Part shown: positions 9,734 through 19,006 of the stretch, in pieces
Position numbering within the stretch: the stretch's first letter is position 1
Layout: every line of letters starts with the position of its first letter
Assembly: GCA_009773755.1 (NCBI GenBank)
Contig: WSZJ01000008.1
Span: forward strand, 9,160 to 73,159
Origin: Planctomycetota bacterium
GTDB lineage: Bacteria > Planctomycetota > MHYJ01 > WSZJ01
Length of the DNA stretch: 64,000 nucleotides
Direction: 5' to 3'
Translations under genes and position numbers: made by a program
The notes under the pieces: generated by a model
What the model was told of the DNA's origin: nothing
The model's database searches: none
Seen by the model: the letters and a program-made list of their open reading frames with translations, nothing else

Positions 9734-11269
9734 ATGTCGCGCCTCCTCCGCTCCATTCCCCTCCTCCTCGCCCTCGCTCTCGCGGCGGCCGCGGAGACGC
9801 GCACCGTCACCATCCTCCATACGAACGACCTGCACGGGGCGCTGCTTCCCCAGTCCGAATTTGAAACTTCCGGCGCGCGAAAGCCCGATCGTGGCGGCGT
9901 GGCGCGGCTGGCGACGGCGATTGCGGCGGAGCGCGACGCCGCCGCGAAAGAAGGACGGCCGGTCCTGCTGTTCGACGCAGGCGACTGTTTCCACGGCACC
10001 CCGGAGGGGAATGAGACGAAGGGCGAAGCGGCGATTGCGTGGATGAACTTCGCGAAGTACGACGCCATGGCGATCGGAAATCACGAGTGGGCCTACGGCG
10101 ACAAGAATCTCTCCCGGCTGGCCGGTATGGCCAAGTTCCCCTTCCTGACCTGCACCGTGACCCGCGTCGATCCGGCCGCGACGGTGGCGGCAATCGTGGA
10201 GTACGCAAAGCCCTACGTCGTGATCAAGGCTGGCGACCTGCGCATCGCCATCATCGGATTCACCACTTCCGGCACGCCCAACATGAATCTCCCGGAACAC
10301 GTCCAGGCTCTCGACTTCGGGCCGGACTACGGTCCCCAGGGGGCGTTCTACATGAAGCGCGCGCGGACGGAGGCGGACATCGTGATTGCGCTGACACACC
10401 TCGGCAGCCAGTCCGACGCCCGGCTCGCGGAGAAAGCGCCCGGCTGGGACCTGATCGTCGGTGGCCACGACCACCGGGAGTTTCCGAAAGGGTTCGAGCG
10501 CGGCGGGACGCTGATCGTGCAGGCGGGTTGCGACGGAGCCTCGCTCGGGCGCGTCGATCTGAAATACGACACCGAAACCCGCAAGGTCACTTCGCGTGAA
10601 GCGCGCCTCATCGCGATCGACTCCACTCTGAAAGAGGATCCGGCTGCTGCTGAAGTCGTGAAGAAATACATTCGCGCTGAACTCGACAAACCCGCGGGCG
10701 CCACGGCGGCCTTTATCGGCCGCGGCCCGGAGAGCCCGCTCGGGATGCTGGTCGCCGACGGCATCCGCATCGCCGCGAACGCCGACGCCGCGTTCATCAA
10801 CAGCGGCGGGATCCGCAACGACCTGCCGGGCGGACCGGTGACGGGCCGCGACCTGTACATGGCCGCGCCGTTCGAGGACACCCTCGTCGTCTTCTCGATC
10901 ACCGGCGCCGACCTGCGCACGCTTCTGGACGGCGCATTTCGCGAAGGACGGCTCGATTACCCCGTCTCCGGACTCCAGTTCTCCGTCGATTCGAAGAAAC
11001 CTGCCGGACAGCGCATCCTCGGCCTCAAGGTCGGCGACCAGCCGTTCGACCCGGCAAAAACCTACTCGCTCGCGTCGACGCGCTTCGCCGCTAACCGGCT
11101 TGCCGCCGACTCGGTCGGCAGGAAAGTGCTCGGACCGCCCGAAGAACCCAGGATCCCGCGCAAGGATCTGCCGACGTCTCTCCAGGCCGCGCTCCTGCGC
11201 CGATTCGAGGGAGGCGCGATCGTGCCGCCGCCGGAGCCGGGAAGAGTGACGTTTGTGACGCGGAGGTAA
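9734..11269 (+). CDS. 5'-nucleotidase / UshA-like bifunctional metallophosphatase (secreted)
   Basis: Signal peptide followed by metallophosphoesterase motifs ILHTNDLHG, GDCFHGT, GNHEW and GGHDH, with a C-terminal 5'-nucleotidase-like region. Confidence 0.8.
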   Translation: MSRLLRSIPLLLALALAAAAETRTVTILHTNDLHGALLPQSEFETSGARKPDRGGVARLATAIAAERDAAAKEGRPVLLFDAGDCFHGTPEGNETKGEAAIAWMNFAKYDAMAIGNHEWAYGDKNLSRLAGMAKFPFLTCTVTRVDPAATVAAIVEYAKPYVVIKAGDLRIAIIGFTTSGTPNMNLPEHVQALDFGPDYGPQGAFYMKRARTEADIVIALTHLGSQSDARLAEKAPGWDLIVGGHDHREFPKGFERGGTLIVQAGCDGASLGRVDLKYDTETRKVTSREARLIAIDSTLKEDPAAAEVVKKYIRAELDKPAGATAAFIGRGPESPLGMLVADGIRIAANADAAFINSGGIRNDLPGGPVTGRDLYMAAPFEDTLVVFSITGADLRTLLDGAFREGRLDYPVSGLQFSVDSKKPAGQRILGLKVGDQPFDPAKTYSLASTRFAANRLAADSVGRKVLGPPEEPRIPRKDLPTSLQAALLRRFEGGAIVPPPEPGRVTFVTRR

Positions 11270-11277
11270 ACCCCAGA

Positions 11278-11991
11278 ATGAAGCGCATGCGCCGCGACTC
11301 GCCAGGTTTTACGCTCATCGAGCTCCTGATCGTCCTCGCGATCGCGATTCTGCTGCTCTCGATCGCGATCACCAGCCTCTCCCGCGCGCGCCTCGCTTCC
11401 AATGAGTCCCAGGCGGTCGCGGCGCTCCGAAACGTCGCGGTCCTTCAGACGGCCTGGCGGCAGAACGACGCGGACGGGAACGGTCAGGCGGACTTCTGGA
11501 CCCAGGACTGGTCGGGGCTGCACCGTGTGGCGAACAAGGACGGGGCGCCCTGGGCGTTCATCTCCGCAGAACTCGCGAAGGCGGACGGCGCGCCGGCGTT
11601 GGGGACGACCGGGACCGCGCGTCCTCTCGTGACCGCTCCGCTGGTGACCGGAGTGGCTGTCCCGCACGCGGGGTACTTCTATCGCGCCATGACATCGGAC
11701 AACTCCAATCCTCCGATGCCCTATCAGGCCGGAGGGCCGACGAATCCCGGGAAATTCGGTTTCACGGCCTGGCCAGCGGAGCCCGAAGCGACCGGACACC
11801 ATGTTTTTATTTTGATGGAATCAGGCGCGATCTGGGCGCGCGACCTCGAAGGGCCGGGACCCGGCGGCCCGGCGCCGGCGGGGGCGACGCTGATGGGGAA
11901 TTCGAAGGGCGGGCAGCTTGCGTGGCCGGGGGCGCCCGGGGGGAGCGCGCTCAATGAGCCGGAGGAGAGCGCCTGGAAGAGCGTGCAGTGA
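11278..11991 (+). CDS. Prepilin-type N-terminal cleavage/methylation domain protein (pseudopilin-like)
   Basis: The N-terminus GFTLIELLIVLAIAILLLSIA is the classical type IV pilin / T2SS pseudopilin leader plus hydrophobic helix. Confidence 0.8.
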   Translation: MKRMRRDSPGFTLIELLIVLAIAILLLSIAITSLSRARLASNESQAVAALRNVAVLQTAWRQNDADGNGQADFWTQDWSGLHRVANKDGAPWAFISAELAKADGAPALGTTGTARPLVTAPLVTGVAVPHAGYFYRAMTSDNSNPPMPYQAGGPTNPGKFGFTAWPAEPEATGHHVFILMESGAIWARDLEGPGPGGPAPAGATLMGNSKGGQLAWPGAPGGSALNEPEESAWKSVQ

Positions 11992-12474
11992 AGCTTGGAA
12001 GGGGGGGACGTACTTTTGGCAACACGGAGGTCACGGAGTTCACGGAGGGCACAGAGGTAAGAAAACTGTGCCCTGCCAAATCCGGGGCAAGCGCGACTCC
12101 TTGGCCGTTGAGATAACGACGCAGTCCTTCGGTCAGCTTTCTGGCGTGAAAATTGATGAGAAGTCCCGCTGTGAGTTCGGAGAGATGCAGGTAGGTCAGG
12201 ATCTGGGCTTCGTGCACATCAATCAGTTCCTCAACAGCTTTGAGTTCGAGAATCAGACGCTTTTCGACGAGCAGGTCAATCCGGTAGCCTCTTCAATCGT
12301 GACGCCCTTGTACTGAACCGGAAGAACAACCTGTCGCTCGACTTTCAGGCCTCGCAACCTCAGTTCGTGTTGCAGACAGACCTCATAGGCCCCTTCAAGC
12401 AAACCGGGCCCAAGTACGCGATGGACTTCGATCGCGCCGCCGATCACTGCGTATGTCAGATCGTTGAGTTGCAT
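11951..12474 (-). pseudogene. GxxExxY-family (PD-(D/E)XK-like) gene interrupted by a 1-nt frameshift
   Basis: The N-terminal part (ATG 12474, MQLNDLTYAVIGGAIEVHRVLGPGLLEGAYEVCL...PVQYKGVTIEE) stops at 12253. The expected continuation GYRIDLLVEKRLILELKAVEELIDVHEAQILTYLHLSELTAGLLINFHARKL is in another frame (track ORF 11951-12217). The frames switch near 12262-12275. The distal ~50 codons read through the left repeat arm. Confidence 0.75.
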
Positions 12475-12511
12475 TTCTCTGTGACCTCCGTGGACTCCGT
12501 GACCTCCGTGT
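12022..12511. repeat. 35-nt inverted repeat (9-mer tandem units CACGGAGGT) bracketing the GxxExxY gene
   Basis: Arm 12022-12056 (ACACGGAGGTCACGGAGTTCACGGAGGGCACAGAG) matches the reverse complement of arm 12477-12511 at 33/35 positions. Confidence 0.9.
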
Positions 12512-12536
12512 AACTCAATGAGACCTTGCCGCTCCC

Positions 12537-14489
12537 TCAAACCGCCCCTCTCCTCTCGGCCGTCGCAACCGCCTCCATCCCCTTCGGCGTCAGCACGAGT
12601 CGCGCCTCTCCATCCGCATCGACGTACCCCGACCGGGCCAGAACTTCCATCCGCTCGCTCCAGAACGACGGCTCCCCACCCAGCCGGCGCGCGGCCTGCG
12701 TCCTCGTCAGTCGACCCGGATTGCCCGCGACCAGATTCAGGATCCGAATCGCTTCCCCATGCGGCACCACGGGTCTCGGCCCGCCGGGTAACCATGTCGA
12801 CGCGGGACCGGGGACTTCATCGATCGCCCCTTCCTCGACAAGCGCCTTCCGCGTCTCCGTCAGCCTCGACGGCCCCAATCCCTCGAGCGACCCCAGGTGG
12901 GGCGTCCGGTGCAGTCCCCTCTTCGCCGCCGGCGCAATCTGCCCGGCCAGGATCTGGTTGAGGACGATTCGCGAAATGCCGCGCGGACCGAGTTCCCTGG
13001 CCGCCGCAAGCACCGCGGCTCGCACGGCTTCGTCGTCGGGATCGCGCCGGCCTGCGTAGACCCCCATCTCCCGGGCCTGCGGATGGTCCCCGGCGGATTG
13101 CCGGCAGCTGTCGCAGTTGCGACAGTCGAGGTCGGCAGGGACGCGCTCGCCGAAGTACCTTAGAAGCGCCGCGCGTCGGCAACGGCCGCCGTCGGCCCAG
13201 GCTTCGACCGCTTCGAGACGCGCGAGATCGGCGGATTTGCGGGCGCGAAGAGACGCAAGGTCGAGGGTCAGTGGAAGGGGCGCCAGCGGGCGGCCGGGGG
13301 CGAGCAGCCCCTGTTCGATCAGCCATGCGCGGGCGGACTGCCACTTTTCCGGCGGGAATTCTCTCGGAGGAGGCGGTCCTTCATCCGACAGGAGCCGCTC
13401 GTGCACAAGCCGGATCTCCGCTTCGGTGGGATAGCGGCGCTCGATGAAGAAGTGGTGGAGCGAAGAGTCGCGCGGGCTGTGGAGCAGCCAGCACTTCGCC
13501 GGTTCGCCGTCGCGCCCTGCGCGGCCGATCTCCTGGTAATAGGCCTCGAGCGAGCCCGGGAGGTGGAGGTGGACGACGGCGCGGACGTCGGGCTTGTCGA
13601 TCCCCATGCCGAAGGCGACGGTGCCGACCACGACGCGGGCGCGGCCGCGGATCCAGGCGTCCTGATTCCGGGAGCGCTGGTCGCGCTCCATTCCGCCGTG
13701 ATACGGGACGGCTGAGATGCCGCGTTCCACGAGGGCCGTCGCGACGTCCACCGTGTCCTTCTGGCGGCCGACATAGGCGATCGCCGACCCCTCGAGGCCG
13801 AGCTCGCGCGCCGCGGCGTCGATCTTCTTCTCCTCGGGGACCCTTTTTGATCCCAGGAACAGGTTTGGCCGGTCGAACGGGTTCACGATCACGCACGGCG
13901 ATCGCAAGCCCAGCCGTTCCACGATCTCCGCGCGCACGCGTGGCGTCGCCGTCGCCGTGAGCGCCAGCGTCGCCCCCGCCCCGAGCGCCGCCGCGTGGGC
14001 CGACAGCCCGAGATAGTCAGGGCGGAAATCGTGCCCCCAGTGCGAAATGCAGTGCGCCTCGTCGACGACAAAACGCGCGACGCCGGCGCGGCGAAGCGCT
14101 GCGACGGTGCCGGGAATTGCAAGGCGTTCCGGTGAAAGGTAGAGCAGCCTCAGGCGCCCGGCTGCCGCCTCCCGGATCCGCCTCATTCCCTCCCCCGCCG
14201 GCAGATGCGAGTGGATCTCCGCGGCTCCCTGGATGCCTCTTCGCCTCAACCCGTCCACCTGGTCCTTCATGAGCGCGATAAGGGGGGAAACGACGACCGT
14301 GAGTCCGGGCTTGAGCAGCGCCGGCAGCTGGTAGCAGAGGGACTTGCCGCCGCCGGTCGGAAGGATGCCGAGGGCGTCGCGGGCGTCGAGGAGGGCCTCG
14401 ACGAGGGGTTTCTGGCCGGGGAGGAAGCGGTCGTAGCCGAAGAGCCGCTTCAATTCGTCTTCGACGTTCATGCATCCATTATATGACAT
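12537..14489 (-). CDS. recQ: ATP-dependent DNA helicase RecQ
   Basis: Motifs FGYDRFLPGQ, LPTGGGKSLCYQLPA, DEAHCISHWGHDFRPDY, VATVAFGMGIDKPDVR and a zinc-binding Cys cluster, plus a C-terminal winged-helix-like extension. Confidence 0.9.
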   Translation of the reverse strand: MSYNGCMNVEDELKRLFGYDRFLPGQKPLVEALLDARDALGILPTGGGKSLCYQLPALLKPGLTVVVSPLIALMKDQVDGLRRRGIQGAAEIHSHLPAGEGMRRIREAAAGRLRLLYLSPERLAIPGTVAALRRAGVARFVVDEAHCISHWGHDFRPDYLGLSAHAAALGAGATLALTATATPRVRAEIVERLGLRSPCVIVNPFDRPNLFLGSKRVPEEKKIDAAARELGLEGSAIAYVGRQKDTVDVATALVERGISAVPYHGGMERDQRSRNQDAWIRGRARVVVGTVAFGMGIDKPDVRAVVHLHLPGSLEAYYQEIGRAGRDGEPAKCWLLHSPRDSSLHHFFIERRYPTEAEIRLVHERLLSDEGPPPPREFPPEKWQSARAWLIEQGLLAPGRPLAPLPLTLDLASLRARKSADLARLEAVEAWADGGRCRRAALLRYFGERVPADLDCRNCDSCRQSAGDHPQAREMGVYAGRRDPDDEAVRAAVLAAARELGPRGISRIVLNQILAGQIAPAAKRGLHRTPHLGSLEGLGPSRLTETRKALVEEGAIDEVPGPASTWLPGGPRPVVPHGEAIRILNLVAGNPGRLTRTQAARRLGGEPSFWSERMEVLARSGYVDADGEARLVLTPKGMEAVATAERRGAV

Positions 14490-14542
14490 GGTGCATATAT
14501 GTCAAGGGGGGCGGTTGAGAATACTGATGCGGACGATGCCGT

Positions 14543-15748
14543 TCACTTTGCCTGGCGCAGCGCCCTTGAGAACACGCCGGCGAGCCCGACCATGGCCCCG
14601 ATTCCTGCGCCGAGGAAGAGGGCCGGGGCGCCTATGCGGTCGCCGAGCCAGCCGGTGGCGAGGACGGAGAGCGAGGTGAAGCCGATCACGGTCAGCTGGA
14701 CGAGGGAAAAGGCCTGGGCCTGCATCTCGCGCGGAATCTGCTCCTGCACCAGGACGGTGCGCGGCACGGTGATGAGCGGGATCGTCAGGCCGTGCGCGAA
14801 AACCGCGAAGCACAGAAGCGGGAAGGAGCGGATCCAGAAGAAGGGGATGTAGGTCACGCCGTCGAGGAACATCCCGAGCAGCAACAGCTTCCCTTTCGGC
14901 AGGAAAAAGGTCGCCCGGCGTGCCAGCCAGATGCTGCCGGAGAACCAGCCCGCGGCGAGGCAGGCCTCGAAGATTGCCAGCTCTTTCACTCCGAGCCCGA
15001 AGGTCGTTTTCAGCAGGATCGCGCTTCCGACCATCGCCGGACCCATGATGAAGAAGTTGTCGACGGCGGTGAGGAAGAGGAGGGCGCGGAAGAGGGGGGA
15101 GCGGAGGGCGAGGGCGAGGCCTGCGGCGGCGGGGGCGGCGGCTCGCGGGGGGCGAGGGGCGGTGCGGATGAAGAACAGGCAGGCGGCCGAGAAGAGGAAT
15201 GTCGCGCCGTTGGCGGCGATGAGGGCGACCATGGTTCCCGGCTGGGCTGCCTTTTCAGCGCCGGCGGCGCCGAGGGCGGCGGCGGCGACGAGCATGCCGC
15301 CGATCATGGCGAGCTGGGTGGAGGTCTGGAGAAGGGCGTTGGCGCGAAGGAGGGCGAGGCCTTCGGCGATGTCGGGGACGAGGGCGCTCATCGCGGGCGA
15401 GAAGGCGCTGGAGAAGGTCGAAACGAGGAATGCCGCGGCGGCGAGGGTCAGCCAGGTGAGCTGGCCGGCCTGCCACAGGAACGGGATTGCGAGCAGGACG
15501 GCCGCGCGGGCGATGTCGGACGCCATCATGAGGCGCCGGCGGTCGACGCGGTCGGCGAGCATGCCTGCAAGCGGGCTGAGCAGCAGGAACGGGACGGTCG
15601 CGGCGAACCGCACGAGCCCCGCGCGGCCGCCGCCAACGCCCTCGGGGCTGAGCGCGAGGACGAGGAACACGAGCACGGCCGACAGCAGGGCGTCCCCCGC
15701 CTGCGACACGAACTGCCCGAGCCAGAGGAGGGCGAAATTGCGGCGCAT
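14543..15748 (-). CDS. MFS transporter
   Basis: The ATG at 15748 (MRRNFALLWLGQFVSQAGD) starts ~401 aa with about 12 hydrophobic segments and the MFS loop motif GMLADRVDRRR. The upstream part of the 616-aa track ORF is Arg/Pro-rich and overlaps the next gene. Confidence 0.8.
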   Translation of the reverse strand: MRRNFALLWLGQFVSQAGDALLSAVLVFLVLALSPEGVGGGRAGLVRFAATVPFLLLSPLAGMLADRVDRRRLMMASDIARAAVLLAIPFLWQAGQLTWLTLAAAAFLVSTFSSAFSPAMSALVPDIAEGLALLRANALLQTSTQLAMIGGMLVAAAALGAAGAEKAAQPGTMVALIAANGATFLFSAACLFFIRTAPRPPRAAAPAAAGLALALRSPLFRALLFLTAVDNFFIMGPAMVGSAILLKTTFGLGVKELAIFEACLAAGWFSGSIWLARRATFFLPKGKLLLLGMFLDGVTYIPFFWIRSFPLLCFAVFAHGLTIPLITVPRTVLVQEQIPREMQAQAFSLVQLTVIGFTSLSVLATGWLGDRIGAPALFLGAGIGAMVGLAGVFSRALRQAK

Positions 15749-15759
15749 GCGCTCCACGC

Positions 15760-16434
15760 TTACGGAGAACCTGGAAGTCCGGCGGCGCGCGCGGAGAAAA
15801 TGTAGCCCAGCGGATAACGCTCGCGGGCGAGGGGCCGCAGACACAGGAAAATCCGGTCGAGCACGGCGTAGAACGGATAGACCAGCACGCGAAGGAACCG
15901 CGGCAGCGATGGCGCGATCGTGTTGAAATTCAGGAGGAAGGGTCCCCCGCCGATCTCGCGCGCCGTCGCATCCGCGAACCCGGAATCCGTGAGGAGCCGC
16001 ACCAGCGCGGTTTTCGTATAGCGGAAATAGTCCTGCGGGTCCGGATGGTAGACGAACAGGAATGGGACGAATCCGACGAGCGGTCCGCCGGGCTTGAGGA
16101 TCCGCCGCATCTCCGCGAGCAGGTGGCGATGGTTGTAGATGTGCTCGAGCAGGTTGCAGCAGATTTCGCTGTCGACCGAGGCGTCGTCGTACGGAAGGCG
16201 GTCCTTTTCGTAGTCGATGCCGGAAATGGAGGCGTCGCTCGCCTCGATGCTCGCGTTCCCCTCCTGCTTGAGATACCCGAGGTAGGTCTGGTGCCGCCCG
16301 CCGCCGACGTCGACCGTGCGCCCCCGGATCGTTTCGGAAGCGAGCCCTTCGTCCATGAGGATCCGCAGCAGCGTCTGGTTCCGCCAGATACAACCGAGCC
16401 GGTGGATCAATCCCTGCTTCGGCATCCTCTCCAT
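15760..16434 (-). CDS. Class I SAM-dependent methyltransferase
   Basis: SAM motif I VDVGGG and motif RILKPGGPLV, with a Methyltransf_11-like layout. Confidence 0.7.
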   Translation of the reverse strand: MERMPKQGLIHRLGCIWRNQTLLRILMDEGLASETIRGRTVDVGGGRHQTYLGYLKQEGNASIEASDASISGIDYEKDRLPYDDASVDSEICCNLLEHIYNHRHLLAEMRRILKPGGPLVGFVPFLFVYHPDPQDYFRYTKTALVRLLTDSGFADATAREIGGGPFLLNFNTIAPSLPRFLRVLVYPFYAVLDRIFLCLRPLARERYPLGYIFSARAAGLPGSP

Positions 16435-16452
16435 CCTATTTCGAAGTTCGAA

Positions 16453-17481
16453 TCAGGGCAGAACCGTCGGCGTTCGCTTTACCCCCGCCATCGTCGCCGC
16501 CGCCTCCCGGTAAATCTCCATCATCGCCTTCGCCTCCGCTTCCGCCGAGTGGCGCGCCCTCGCGCGGATCGCGCCCGCTGCCCCGAGCGTGGCCCGAAGC
16601 GCGGCGTCCGTCGCGAGGCGCCGCGCGGCCTCCCGGAATTCGGCATCGGTTCGGAAGGTGAGACCGGTCACGCCGGATTCGACGAGACCGCGATTGCCGG
16701 GAATGTCTGAAGCGAGCACCGGGCGCGAGAAGTACATCGCTTCCAGAATCGCATTCGACATTCCTTCGAGGTCCGAGGCGTTCAGCACGACGTCCGACTC
16801 GCGGTAGGCTCCGGCCATGCGGGCGTGCGGACGGATTTCGATGAGGCGAACCCAGGGGCGTTCCCTGGCCGCCTCGACCACTTTCTTTGCGTACTCCTCG
16901 TCGAGTCGCGGGCCGGCGATGACGAGTTCGACGCCGAGGTCGTCCAGCGCATGGATCGCGCGCAGCTGCCCCTTTACCGGGCGGAGCCCCCCCGGCATCA
17001 GGAACAGCGGTCGATCAGGCGGAATTGAAAACGCCGCCCGGATCGCGAACGGCGCTTCCTCGACCAACCCCATTCCCTTCGGCACCACGCGAATTTTCGA
17101 CGCGAGCGAATGATCCGCTTCGAGAAGCGGCGCCGCCGTCTCGCTCTGGTGGACGACGAGGGCGTGCGCGGCGCGGCATGCGGCCAGCACTTCCTCGCGG
17201 CTGCCGGGAAGGTCGAGGTCGCGCCCGACGTCCGTTCCGGTCAGGGAGATCACGAGAGGGCGCGAATCGCGGACGAGAAATCCGGTCTTGCGCGCGTGGA
17301 ACGCGTGAACGACATCGGGTTCGTACGCCGCGATGATATTGGGGATGTAGACGCCGAGCGTTTCGAGGTCGAGGACTTTTGCCCGCGCGCCGGAAGCGAC
17401 GATGCCCTGGAGGATTCGCCGCGCGGAGATCGAGTTCCCCGTGACCGCACCGTACGCCGGGACGACGAGCGCGATTTCCAA
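16453..17481 (-). CDS. GT4-family glycosyltransferase
   Basis: GT-B fold pattern with a C-terminal E-x7-E-like region (SDLEGMSNAILEAMYFSRPVLASDIPGNRGLV). Confidence 0.75.
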   Translation of the reverse strand: MEIALVVPAYGAVTGNSISARRILQGIVASGARAKVLDLETLGVYIPNIIAAYEPDVVHAFHARKTGFLVRDSRPLVISLTGTDVGRDLDLPGSREEVLAACRAAHALVVHQSETAAPLLEADHSLASKIRVVPKGMGLVEEAPFAIRAAFSIPPDRPLFLMPGGLRPVKGQLRAIHALDDLGVELVIAGPRLDEEYAKKVVEAARERPWVRLIEIRPHARMAGAYRESDVVLNASDLEGMSNAILEAMYFSRPVLASDIPGNRGLVESGVTGLTFRTDAEFREAARRLATDAALRATLGAAGAIRARARHSAEAEAKAMMEIYREAAATMAGVKRTPTVLP

Positions 17482-17484
17482 GGG

Positions 17485-18297
17485 CTAGACCGCGCTCCAT
17501 TTCGAGAGCGTGAGGCCGCGGGCGCCGATTCCCTCGCGGATGCGGGGGTCGAGAAGAGCCTCGAGCTCGATTTCGCGTTCGGAGGTTGAGAACGGGAGGG
17601 AGCCGGCCTGCGGGTAGCCGGGATGAACGAGGACTTCGGAAATTCCGTCGCCGCAGAGGTCGAGGAGGCGCAGGAGAGTCCCCGGATGGACCGCGCCGAT
17701 CAGCCCCGCGCCGAGGTGTCGCTCCGGCCAGCGCCAGCCCGCGGCTTCCCAGAGTGGCCGCGACGCCGCGGACATTTCCCGGAAGCGGTTCAGGTAGGGC
17801 GCCTTGTCCGGGCCGGCCATGATCGTGCCGTCGGGGTGTTCGAAGACGAGCCGGACGCGGCGCGGCACTGAAAGCGCGAGAAGCCCGGCAGCGACGCGCG
17901 GAACGAGGTGGAGGTGCTGGTGGCCATCGAGGTGCGTGGGATCGACGCCGGCGCGGCGCATCAGCGACACCTGAGCCTCCGCCTCGATGCGGATTTCCGC
18001 CGGGTCGAACATCCCGCACAGCGCGAGGCGCCAGGTTTCGTCCTTGCCGAAGAACTCGCCGTTCCCGGCGGTGAGCGTCTTGTACGGGCCGCCGATCGGC
18101 CTGCCTTCGCTGATATTCAGGTGCAGCCCGCAGGGCAGCTCCTTCATGCGCGGATTGTGAACCGCGTCCTCGAACCCCTGTGTGTTCACAAGGAGCGACG
18201 CATCCGTCACGACGCCGCGCTGCGCGGCTTCGAAGATGCCGCGGTTGCGCGGGGCGTCGGCTCCAAGGTCGTCCGCGTTGATGATGAGGCGTCGCAT
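17485..18297 (-). CDS. YdjC/ChbG/HpnK-family carbohydrate deacetylase
   Basis: The N-terminal motif LIINADDLGADAPRNRGI and the downstream HLDGHQHLH are hallmarks of the YdjC-like family. Confidence 0.8.
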   Translation of the reverse strand: MRRLIINADDLGADAPRNRGIFEAAQRGVVTDASLLVNTQGFEDAVHNPRMKELPCGLHLNISEGRPIGGPYKTLTAGNGEFFGKDETWRLALCGMFDPAEIRIEAEAQVSLMRRAGVDPTHLDGHQHLHLVPRVAAGLLALSVPRRVRLVFEHPDGTIMAGPDKAPYLNRFREMSAASRPLWEAAGWRWPERHLGAGLIGAVHPGTLLRLLDLCGDGISEVLVHPGYPQAGSLPFSTSEREIELEALLDPRIREGIGARGLTLSKWSAV

Positions 18298-18399
18298 GGC
18301 TGAAGCGGGATTCTAGTCGTGCCGGCGATGCTTCGAAAGTCGGATTCCGGCATCCCGCCGCCTTTGACATACCGCCAGCCGCTTCCTTAGAGTGACGCC

Positions 18400-19005
18400 G
18401 TGTCCGCTTCCAAACCCGATGGCCTTTCCCGCCGCGATTTTCTCGGTGTCACGGGCGCCCTCGCCGGCGCCGGGCTTCTCGCGGGCAAGTCCACGGCCGG
18501 GGATGGCGACAACCGCCCGGCCGCCGGTGGACTCGGCCCGGATCCGGTGAAATTCGGGCTGCGGGTCAACGGCAAGGACCACGAGGTCGCCGCCGAGCCG
18601 CGCGCGACGCTTCTTGATGTCCTGCGCGACTCCCTCGACCTCACGGGCGCGAAGAAGGCCTGCGACCGCGGCGAGTGCGGCGCGTGCACGGTCCTCGTCG
18701 ACGGGAAAGCGGTCTACGCCTGCATGATGCTCGCGCTTCAGGCGAGAGGCCGCGAGATCCGGACCGTCGAGGGGCTCGCGAAAGGCGAAGATCTGCACGC
18801 CGTGCAGGCCGCGTTCATCGAGCACGACGGGTACCAGTGCGGCTTCTGCACCCCCGGACAGGTCATGGCCACCGTCGCCCTCCTCGAGAAAACCCCTTCC
18901 CCGTCCGGCGATCAGATCCGCGCGGGCCTCTGCGGCAATCTCTGCCGGTGCGCGGCGTACAACCGGATCTTTGACGCGGCAGCGGCCGCTTCGAAGGCGA
19001 AATAA
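18400..19005 (+). CDS. (2Fe-2S)-binding small subunit of a xanthine dehydrogenase/aldehyde oxidoreductase family enzyme, with a Tat signal
   Basis: Twin-arginine leader SRRDFLGVTGALAGAGLL. Cys motifs CDRGECGACTV and CGFCTPG...CRC. Confidence 0.85.
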   Translation: MSASKPDGLSRRDFLGVTGALAGAGLLAGKSTAGDGDNRPAAGGLGPDPVKFGLRVNGKDHEVAAEPRATLLDVLRDSLDLTGAKKACDRGECGACTVLVDGKAVYACMMLALQARGREIRTVEGLAKGEDLHAVQAAFIEHDGYQCGFCTPGQVMATVALLEKTPSPSGDQIRAGLCGNLCRCAAYNRIFDAAAAASKAK

Positions 19006-19006
19006 C

